From an uncultured Polyangiaceae bacterium (GTDB lineage Bacteria; Myxococcota_A; Polyangia; Polyangiales; Polyangiaceae): 32,535 bases of DNA. How positions within the stretch are numbered: position 1 is the stretch's first letter; each line of letters starts with the position of its first letter. A program made the translations under genes and the position numbers. Of the stretch, positions 19,999-27,531 are shown piece after piece. The notes beneath the pieces were generated by a model, which saw nothing but the letters and a program-made list of their open reading frames with translations, did no database searches and was not told where the DNA came from. The stretch covers positions 1 to 32,535 of the forward strand of contig CAYTRQ010000008.1 of NCBI GenBank assembly GCA_964440025.1, written 5' to 3'.

Positions 19999-21283
19999 TG
20001 GCGCGGCGGTGAGGCCAGAGTTCTTCGAGCGCTTGTGCGTAAGTGTTCACCAGTTCGGCGTCTTGGGCGATCAAGGGGCAAGATTGGGAAAAGAGAACCA
20101 GCGAGGAATCCAAAAGCCTTTGCGTGCGCGGAAAATCCGATCGGTAGTTGTTGCGGATCCTTTCGGGCAGATCTTCCCGCTGGGAGAAAACTGCCTGTGC
20201 TGTTTGGCTGGTTTGTTCCCAAAGCGTCACTTCGAAACCGGTTGCCTTCATGGCCGAGACCAGAGCGTCGCGGACCCGGGTGGGCTCGAAGTCGGCGAGT
20301 CCGGCTTTTTCACGGTCGATAGAGATGCGATACTTGTGAAACACGGAGGTCCGCTCCGGAGGGATGGTGGGGGCGGTCAGACCGTCGAGCTGGGCGATGC
20401 ACCCACCGAGTCGCGAGGCATTTTCCTGGCATTCTTTGGTTCGTGCGGGGAGCTTTTCGAGTTGCGTTCGAGCAAACGCGGCCATCATCTCGTTGCCTCG
20501 AAACATTCCCCCAGGACGCTGACTGGTCAGGGAACGCCAACCATCCAGGGGGCGATGCTGGGGCATCCGCGCCGCATCGAAGAGCGAAAGGTCCTGCCCG
20601 AAATTGCGGACGGAGTTGGCAACTTCGGTTTGTTCCAAAGAGTTGCTGACGAAGACTCCTCCTTCGCCGCAGCCGAGATTTTTACTCGATTGCAGAGAGA
20701 ACCCACCTCCGTCTGCTTGAGCTCCGACGGGCCGACCCTGGTAGGTTGCGCCATGAGCTTGAGCCGCGTCTTCCACCAGGCTGGCGCCTATCCGGTGAGC
20801 GATTTGGCCCAGCTCATGAAGGTCGGCGGGACAGCCGTGCACGTGAACCGGCATGATTGCTTTGGTATTCTTTCCAATCCACCTTTCCACCTCTGCCGGT
20901 AGAAGGAGTCCCGTGCTGCTATCCACGTCAGCGAAGATGGGCTGTCCTCCACAAGCCATCACTGCCAGGGGAGTTGCAACGAAAGTGTAGCTGGGAACGA
21001 TGACTTCATCACCAGGCTGGACGCCGGCTGCTGCCAACGCCACGATGAGCGCGCTCGTGCCGGAATGGGTGAGAAGTGCATGTTTGGCTCCCACGAAGTC
21101 CGCGAACTCTTCCTGGAAAGCCATGGCTTCTGGCGCGAAAGGACCGGAGAGGATGCCGCGATCGAGAACTCGCATGACGGCCCGCTTCGAGTCTTCACAG
21201 ACAATCGGCCAAAGCCGATGACGGGCTTGGTTGATGAGAGTGCGGGGACCGTTGGGGCCCAGAAGAGCAGGGGGAAGAGACAT
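19973..21283 (-). CDS. DegT/DnrJ/EryC1/StrS-family PLP-dependent aminotransferase
   Basis: HSGTSALIVALAAAGVQPGDEVIVPSYTFVAT, MPVHVHGCPADL, VEDAAQAHGATYQGRPVG, FSLQSSKNLGCGEGG (PLP-lysine motif). At 436 aa it is longer than typical NDP-sugar aminotransferases. Confidence 0.9.
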   Translation of the reverse strand: MSLPPALLGPNGPRTLINQARHRLWPIVCEDSKRAVMRVLDRGILSGPFAPEAMAFQEEFADFVGAKHALLTHSGTSALIVALAAAGVQPGDEVIVPSYTFVATPLAVMACGGQPIFADVDSSTGLLLPAEVERWIGKNTKAIMPVHVHGCPADLHELGQIAHRIGASLVEDAAQAHGATYQGRPVGAQADGGGFSLQSSKNLGCGEGGVFVSNSLEQTEVANSVRNFGQDLSLFDAARMPQHRPLDGWRSLTSQRPGGMFRGNEMMAAFARTQLEKLPARTKECQENASRLGGCIAQLDGLTAPTIPPERTSVFHKYRISIDREKAGLADFEPTRVRDALVSAMKATGFEVTLWEQTSQTAQAVFSQREDLPERIRNNYRSDFPRTQRLLDSSLVLFSQSCPLIAQDAELVNTYAQALEELWPHRRAIVEAYEPT

Positions 21284-21530
21284 GAAGGCGTCAATGATCA
21301 GGAGGGGCGTCAGCTTCTTTGGGCGCCCACGAGGTGGTAGAAGCCATCTCGGCTCCCTTCAAGTGCTCGGGAGAGCCCCCTTTCTTACTGAGATGGCGGC
21401 TCCTCGTCCCGGTCGAGGTAGTCGTGAGCTGGCGTTTCAGCCCTTGCTGAGCCGGGTAGAGGCCCCGCTGCCCCGCACTGCTCTTCTGCCGTGGCGCTCG
21501 AGCGAGGGGATTGGCGAAGAAAGCAGTAAG

Positions 21531-22820
21531 TTACACCTCGCGCCGGGCTTGAGCAGCTCCCAATTGGGCTGCACCGCCGTTGGTGGCGGGAGAACGGGCT
21601 TGAGCTGCAGCTTGTCGTGCAGCAACCTCGCGTGCCCAGTCGTAGAGCATTCGCTCCTGCTGGAAAAGATCGTGAATGGGCTCCTCCCCATCGGCCACGT
21701 AGGGGGATTTGAAGTAGATGCTCATTTGACGTTGGATCCCCTTTTCGCCGTTTTCCTGGGCGACATCGAGGACGCGGACCATGTCGATGCACAAGGGGGC
21801 AGCCAAGATGGAGTCCTTGCAGAGGAAGTTGATTTTCATCTGCATGGGTTCGCCACAAAACCCCTGGACATCGATATTGTCCCAGGCCTCTTTCGCGTCT
21901 CCACGCGGCTTGTAGTAGTGGATGTGAACTTGGTGATTGTCTACGGTGTGGCCGACCACGCTATCGAGCACGCTCGCCTTGGAGCGTACCTTGGTCTCGT
22001 TGCTCCTCGGATCGTCGAGAACCAGGCCATCATTGTTGCCGAGGAAATTGACCGAATACCAGCCATCGACCCAAAGGCGACGGAGGCGCAACATGGAAGC
22101 CATCGCCGTCTTGACTAGGGTCTGGCCCGTTTTGCCGTCCATTCCAGCGTAGGGCACGCCGTTGTTCTCTGCCTGAATTCTGAGAGCCGGGATATTAGCT
22201 AGACTGGGTGCGAAATTGGCGTGGGGCATTCCCAGGCTATTCGCGGAGTAAACGTAGCGCATCGTTGGAGAGATCCCGCTATCGTTCTGATCGAGGCCCC
22301 GCTCGAACGCCTCGAGTGTTTGATGCACGGGGCCACGATCCATCCACTTTTCCGTGGATCCAAGATTGACCAGCACGACGCGGCGGAGTCCCGCGTTCTT
22401 CTGGAATTCGGTCATGTCGTGCTTGATGGCCTCGATTTGGCCTCGGTGCCCTCCGGTGGCACCCACGACGTGAAGTCCCTCGAGATTCTTGGCGTACTCC
22501 TTCGAAAAGACCGCTGGCCAGGGACGGAGGGAGGATAGTTCTTCTTTGACCGGTGCGAGTTGATCCGCACGAAAGACTCCGTGACGGAGAGCAGCGTCGT
22601 ACACCGACTCGTCGTTGAGATCCCAACCACCAAAGACAATGTCCTCGAGCTTCGCGAACTGCAGAATGTCCGTGAGCTTTTCTGCACGAAAACTATCGTC
22701 TGGCTCGGTCAGCATGGCCCTGCGCGGGGCTAAGCCCTTCTTCATGAGAGCCACGCCCGCGACGAGCGTCGAGGCAACCGCCCCATTTAATCCAATGATG
22801 ACTACACCTAGGCGTCCCAT
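21531..22820 (-). CDS. ino1: inositol-3-phosphate synthase (MIPS family)
   Basis: GVVIIGLNGAVASTLVAG (NAD fold), LVNLGSTE, GMDGKTGQTLVKT, SKASVLDSVVG, FLCKDSILAAP. The internal ATG 22820 is directly preceded by GAGGAA. The ORF track opens further upstream at 22901. Confidence 0.9.
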   Translation of the reverse strand: MGRLGVVIIGLNGAVASTLVAGVALMKKGLAPRRAMLTEPDDSFRAEKLTDILQFAKLEDIVFGGWDLNDESVYDAALRHGVFRADQLAPVKEELSSLRPWPAVFSKEYAKNLEGLHVVGATGGHRGQIEAIKHDMTEFQKNAGLRRVVLVNLGSTEKWMDRGPVHQTLEAFERGLDQNDSGISPTMRYVYSANSLGMPHANFAPSLANIPALRIQAENNGVPYAGMDGKTGQTLVKTAMASMLRLRRLWVDGWYSVNFLGNNDGLVLDDPRSNETKVRSKASVLDSVVGHTVDNHQVHIHYYKPRGDAKEAWDNIDVQGFCGEPMQMKINFLCKDSILAAPLCIDMVRVLDVAQENGEKGIQRQMSIYFKSPYVADGEEPIHDLFQQERMLYDWAREVAARQAAAQARSPATNGGAAQLGAAQARREV

Positions 22821-23005
22821 ATGTTCCTCGTGTGGCGCGAAACTAGCTCGAAACCCGGAAACCGCAATGCTGTTTCGCTCTCTCTGATTCAGGGCGAGCA
22901 ACCCGGCGAAATCGTGAGATGAGCCTGCGACCTTGTCTTCGCACTTTCCTTAATTGAACCAATGCGTTTTGAAAAATAGAACCAACAGAGAGACGGGCTC
23001 CGCTC

Positions 23006-24508
23006 TTAGCCCGCCAAGGTGGACGAGCCACCATAACTTTGAAGAATGTCACGACGCGAGTCGTCGACGATTCGGGGAAATTTGCTTTGGACGCTGGTGT
23101 TTCCTATGTCCTTCATGAATCGGGCCACCGAGCCTTTTGGTAAGACGACGAACTGAGGAGGGAGAATGGCGGTATTGTCCGTGCGGTGTTCGCGGTACAC
23201 TCGATTTCTCTCGCAAAGGGCTCGATCGAATGTACGGATGAACTCCGTTTCATCTTTTGGCCTTTCAGAGAATTCAGCGAAAAGCACGTAACGTGACTTG
23301 GCTGATCCGTCCACCCCTACAACCGCCCCCGCGGTGTAGTCCACCGCGATCCCTCCCGATTGTTCAAGAGCTGCCTGGACCGCCTCTTGGATTTCCACGT
23401 GAGTCGTGAGCTCCTGAGTCGTTGAGAGGCAGCCGGAAAGGCGGCCAGCGAATTCGATGCGGTGAGGGGCAACACTTCGAAATCGTACGAGATCTCCGAG
23501 TAGGTAGGCGTAGAGACCAGCGACTGTGGTGACGACGATAGCGTAGATCCGGTCCTTCTCGACCTCCCAAAGAGGAAGCCGCGTAGGTCTTTTTGCATCA
23601 ACCTCTTCGACCGGGACGAACTCGAAATAGGTGCCCCGGTGGGGAAGCATCAGCATGCCGGGGCCGGGATGGCCATGATCGGTTGACGCGTAGATGCCAC
23701 CTTCCGTTGCGTTGTAGGTATCGACGAGCGGAATCTCACGACCGACTCGCTCGCGAATCACGTCGAGATAGGGGGCTGCCGCGACGCCGCCTCCGACCAA
23801 CACGGTGAGATGGGGCCAGAGATCGGTCACCACTTTGGCGCGACGTCCTCGAGCGCGCGCGCGCTCCAGAAGCTTGTCAAAGAGAAGGGAAAACCAACAC
23901 GTCGTTCCACTAATGACTCTCACGTCATGATTGAGGTACCTGTCTGCAATCATGGTGAGCTTCTCATCATAATCGGAGATGCGCAGGATGTCTTCTTCCG
24001 GGAGAAAGAAGAGCCGGCTCGGTTTGGGCAAGGTCGCCACCATCAAGGCAGGATTGGAGGTGATCTTGACCGGGCCCTCTTGTTTCATCGTGATCGGTGG
24101 AAAAAGCCCAAGGCTGAACCCCCGCGTAAAATCTCGGCATCCGTGATGGCGCAGAAATCGAAAGAGTGCGTCGCTTCCGGAGGCTCGTTGAAGTTTGATT
24201 TGGAGATCGTTGATGGGGAGGAACTTGGGCTTGCCACCCGTGGAGCTGCCGGACGAGTTGCCGAAATACTCGACGAATTCGGGAACGAGCAGGCCCGTTT
24301 CGCCGTTCTTCATTCTCTCGATGTAGGGTGAGAAGCTGTCGTAGTCTCCAATGGGGACCGCGAGCCGGAAGTCGACTTCGTTTTTTATGTCGGAAAAGCT
24401 GTGGGAACGGCCAAACTCGGTGTGCTTGCAGCGTTCGACGATTTTCTTGAGTTGCCTCAGCTGTGTCTCGCGCACGTTGGCGAGTGAGTGATCCCAACGC
24501 GTGACCAT
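23006..24508 (-). CDS. GH3 (auxin-responsive promoter) family acyl-acid amido synthetase-like protein
   Basis: FGNSSGSSTGGKPKFLP (GH3 adenylation motif), TYNATEG, YLLGDLVRF, C-terminal KFPRIV. The likely start is the second ATG (MVTRWDHSLANV, 24508 by frame arithmetic). The ORF maximum is ATG 24589. Confidence 0.85.
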   Translation of the reverse strand: MVTRWDHSLANVRETQLRQLKKIVERCKHTEFGRSHSFSDIKNEVDFRLAVPIGDYDSFSPYIERMKNGETGLLVPEFVEYFGNSSGSSTGGKPKFLPINDLQIKLQRASGSDALFRFLRHHGCRDFTRGFSLGLFPPITMKQEGPVKITSNPALMVATLPKPSRLFFLPEEDILRISDYDEKLTMIADRYLNHDVRVISGTTCWFSLLFDKLLERARARGRRAKVVTDLWPHLTVLVGGGVAAAPYLDVIRERVGREIPLVDTYNATEGGIYASTDHGHPGPGMLMLPHRGTYFEFVPVEEVDAKRPTRLPLWEVEKDRIYAIVVTTVAGLYAYLLGDLVRFRSVAPHRIEFAGRLSGCLSTTQELTTHVEIQEAVQAALEQSGGIAVDYTAGAVVGVDGSAKSRYVLFAEFSERPKDETEFIRTFDRALCERNRVYREHRTDNTAILPPQFVVLPKGSVARFMKDIGNTSVQSKFPRIVDDSRRDILQSYGGSSTLAG

Positions 24509-24895
24509 TGCTCTTGCTGAAAGAGACAGTGCGCGGTCGGAACCCCGGGGAAGCGAGGTGTGAATCAGCGGAGAGGAGCGGGCCGACATGAGTGAACGGA
24601 AGCAGTCGGGACCGAGAAACTCGCAGTTGGAGTCGGCCCCGGCCGCCTGGTGTACAAGCAGTTCACGAGATCACAAGGGCATCCGGCGGGGAAGGAGGAG
24701 TAATGTTTGCGCTGGGGCGGAGAGGATTTCGCTGAATCGACGGAGAAAAGAGCGGAACGACAAGCCACTCGCGGGCCCCATCCTTTCCGCCGTGCAAGCT
24801 GCTACGCAGCGACGAGCCCGGGAGAAATCCGCTGTCGGTGTGGAGGAAAACTCAGATTTCGGTGATGCTGGATACTCCGACAAAGGGATGTCTCG

Positions 24896-26026
24896 GTGGA
24901 GGAGTGGCTCGAACTCCTCCCGAATCGCTTGAGGACCGAATTGCCCCGAACGGGATCACCGCTAAAACCCCGCGACCTCGTGATTCCGCCACCACGCCAG
25001 TTCTCCGTATCGCCAACGGGCATTTGGGGGGTCGTTCGTCGATTCGTTGTTCGCTGGGGGCGTCTCATCCTTTTCGCGGTCGGAGTCGCGGCCATTGTTT
25101 TGCTCGTGCGCTCAGCGGGAGTTCATGCCGTTTGGACCACGCTCTGGGAGGCCGCGCCGTGGCTCCCGCTGATTTTCGCCCTGGAGCTCACTTGGGTCGC
25201 CGTCGAAGGCGTGGGGCTGCTCGTTCTCTACGGTCATCATATCCGCTCGATTCCAGCACGGACCATCGCTGCTGCGATGCTCGTGCATTTCACGACGATG
25301 ATGGTGCTTCCGGTTGGACGTGCTGGGGCTGAAGTGGCGCGCGCGACCATGTTCTCGGCTCACGTGGGTGCGGCACGGGCGACCGCAGCAGCATCCTTGA
25401 TGCAGTCCCTCACCCTCGTTGCCAATACAATCGTCAGCTTGTTGTGTGCTTGGTTTGTCCTCACAGCCTCCGGGGGGATCGAGCTTTCACTTCTCCTCGT
25501 CATCAATGGAGCCGCAACCCTCGCTCTGGGAGGAGGCATGTATTTGGTCATGCGTCACGCCAGGTTCGGAGGATTTCTTGGAAGAAAATTCAAAAAGATG
25601 GCTCACGTGGGTCCGGAGATCGACGTGCACTACCGGGAAAGCCGCCGGCGTCATTTCCCCGCGTTCCTGTTTTGTCTTGCGGCGCGACTCGTCCAGACAT
25701 TGCAGTACGGGTTGATTTTACTGGCGGTGGTCGGGAGTTTCCGTTTCGTGGGGATGTTTTTGGCCCAGGGGATTCACCTTGTCGGAGCGGGGCTGGGGGA
25801 CATCGTACCCAATCAGGTGGGGGTGACCGAAGGTGCCTATCGGCTGTTCGCGCCGGTTCTTGGGCTTTCTGGTGAACCGGACAAGGCGGTGAGCATTGCC
25901 TTGCTGGCGCGGATTTCCACGCTCTCCGTGGCGGGGCTCTGTGCTCTCGTGCTTCAGGGTATTCCTGGAGCAGGGCGCTTCGCGCGAAGATCCGGCTCTG
26001 TTCAGGACGGGCCTTTCGGTTCATGA
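24896..26026 (+). CDS. UPF0104 / lysylphosphatidylglycerol-synthase-TM-region (flippase-like, PF03706-like) membrane protein
   Basis: Polytopic membrane protein. LPVGRAGAEVARAT and PNQVGVTEGAYRLF match the two conserved loops I recall for the MprF-flippase/HpnL-type family. GTG start; the N-terminal ~45 aa are uncertain. Confidence 0.7.
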   Translation: MEEWLELLPNRLRTELPRTGSPLKPRDLVIPPPRQFSVSPTGIWGVVRRFVVRWGRLILFAVGVAAIVLLVRSAGVHAVWTTLWEAAPWLPLIFALELTWVAVEGVGLLVLYGHHIRSIPARTIAAAMLVHFTTMMVLPVGRAGAEVARATMFSAHVGAARATAAASLMQSLTLVANTIVSLLCAWFVLTASGGIELSLLLVINGAATLALGGGMYLVMRHARFGGFLGRKFKKMAHVGPEIDVHYRESRRRHFPAFLFCLAARLVQTLQYGLILLAVVGSFRFVGMFLAQGIHLVGAGLGDIVPNQVGVTEGAYRLFAPVLGLSGEPDKAVSIALLARISTLSVAGLCALVLQGIPGAGRFARRSGSVQDGPFGS

Positions 26027-27513
26027 TAGGTCTTCGCCGCATGGATGCCGAGAACGAGGTCACGGAGCGTGTTCGGTCAGCGCGGGAAGCGGGCGCCGAC
26101 TGGTCACGACTCGATGTCGACGAGCGATTTGGAATTCTCAAAGCTGCGGCGAAACGTTTGCTCCGTGAGCGAGATGATATCGTCTCGATCGTCCAGAAGG
26201 AGCTGGGAAAGGTCCGCGCCGATGCTCTGTTCACCGAAGGACTGGGGCCTTTGGACGCGGTGACTGGATGGATGAGAGTTGTCGAGCAGAGTGTCTCTGG
26301 GAAGGTTTCGCTCAATCGCGTTGCCTTTCCCCAAAAGAGCGCTCGTGTCGAGCTCATCCCCCGCGGCGTGGTTGGCATTATCGCACCATGGAACTTTCCA
26401 GTAGCCGGCCTCTATCGCAGTGTATTTCCGGCGCTCCTTCTTGGAAACAGCGTGGTTGTCAAAGCGAGCGAGCACTCGCCAAGGAGCAGCGGTTGGTTTT
26501 TGAACATTCTGGCTGAAGAACTTCCAGCGGGTGTCGTGCAAATGCTTTCGGGAGACGGGCGCGTGGGGCAAATGCTGCTTCAAGAAGACATCGACGCCTG
26601 TGTCTTCACCGGATCGAGCCGGGTGGGACGAGAAGTCGAGGAAACCTGTCGCGCACGAGGCATAGCTTGTTCCGCCGAGATGGGCGGAAACGATGCGGCT
26701 GTCGTTTTCGACGATGCGGACTTGCCTCGCACGGTGGCTGGCCTGACTCATTGGGCATTGCAAAACGCAGGACAGGCCTGCGGCGCGCTCGAGGTCGTTT
26801 ACGTAGATAGCCGCGTCGAGGCGGAGCTCGTCGAGCGCCTCACGGACGCATTTCGCCGTCTGAACACGGAAGGTTACCGCGACAGGACGCTGGCTCCTCT
26901 TGCGCTGAACTCCCAATTCGAATTGGTGAAAAGCCAGATCGAAGATGCCGTCACTCGAGGTGCTACTGTCGAAACTGGGGGAAAGTCCGAGGGACTTTGG
27001 CTCGAGCCGACGCTCCTCAGTGGTTGCAATGAATCGATGCAGGTTGTTTCTGAGGAAACCTTTGGTCCGGTTCTTCCGGTGGTAGCCGTGGATGGCCCGA
27101 GCGATGCGATTCGTCGCGTCAATCGCGGTAAGTATGGGCTGACCTGCTCTCTGTGGACTCAGGATCTCGAGCGAGCGCGAAATCTGGCTCGGAGCATCGA
27201 CGTCGGGACGGTGACGGTCAACAATCACGCATTCACTGGCGCCATTCCGGATCTGCCCTGGAGTGGGCGTCGCAGTTCCGGACGTGGAATCGCGAACAGC
27301 GCTTGGTCGCTGCTCACTTTTGCCCGGCCCCAGACCGTTGTCGTCGACTACGGAAGTGGACCGGAACCGTTCTGGGCGCCGTTTGACGACAAGCTGGAGC
27401 GCCTGGGCAACCTCCTTGCGGACGCTCAACTTGGACGGATCACTCAGGCCTACCAGATCCCTCTTTTACTCCAAGCGCGGCGAAAGGTGGTTAAGGCGTT
27501 CTTTGGGATGTAG
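26023..27513 (+). CDS. NAD(P)-dependent aldehyde dehydrogenase
   Basis: IIAPWNFP, VVVKASEHSP, FTGSSRVG, EMGGNDAAVV, catalytic Cys in NAGQACGALE, EETFGPVLPV. The ATG overlaps the stop of the upstream membrane protein (ATGA). Confidence 0.92.
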   Translation: MIGLRRMDAENEVTERVRSAREAGADWSRLDVDERFGILKAAAKRLLRERDDIVSIVQKELGKVRADALFTEGLGPLDAVTGWMRVVEQSVSGKVSLNRVAFPQKSARVELIPRGVVGIIAPWNFPVAGLYRSVFPALLLGNSVVVKASEHSPRSSGWFLNILAEELPAGVVQMLSGDGRVGQMLLQEDIDACVFTGSSRVGREVEETCRARGIACSAEMGGNDAAVVFDDADLPRTVAGLTHWALQNAGQACGALEVVYVDSRVEAELVERLTDAFRRLNTEGYRDRTLAPLALNSQFELVKSQIEDAVTRGATVETGGKSEGLWLEPTLLSGCNESMQVVSEETFGPVLPVVAVDGPSDAIRRVNRGKYGLTCSLWTQDLERARNLARSIDVGTVTVNNHAFTGAIPDLPWSGRRSSGRGIANSAWSLLTFARPQTVVVDYGSGPEPFWAPFDDKLERLGNLLADAQLGRITQAYQIPLLLQARRKVVKAFFGM

Positions 27514-27531
27514 CCGCGGATGGGGGACGGG

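Noticed and set aside
26104-27429. 441-aa minus ORF, and similar long antisense ORFs at 8316-9065, 9661-10722, 10692-11372, 11987-12778, 13810-14583, 15489-16403, 16674-17426, 17848-19119, 19901-20902, 21231-22118, 25590-26378, 29556-30299, 30749-31441 and 31568-32281
   Set aside because: Each lies opposite a gene with clear family motifs (ALDH, atpH, atpA, atpG, glgC, glgA, glmS, lipoprotein, MMPL, DegT, MIPS and others). Each has Arg/Pro/Gly-biased, motif-free translations.
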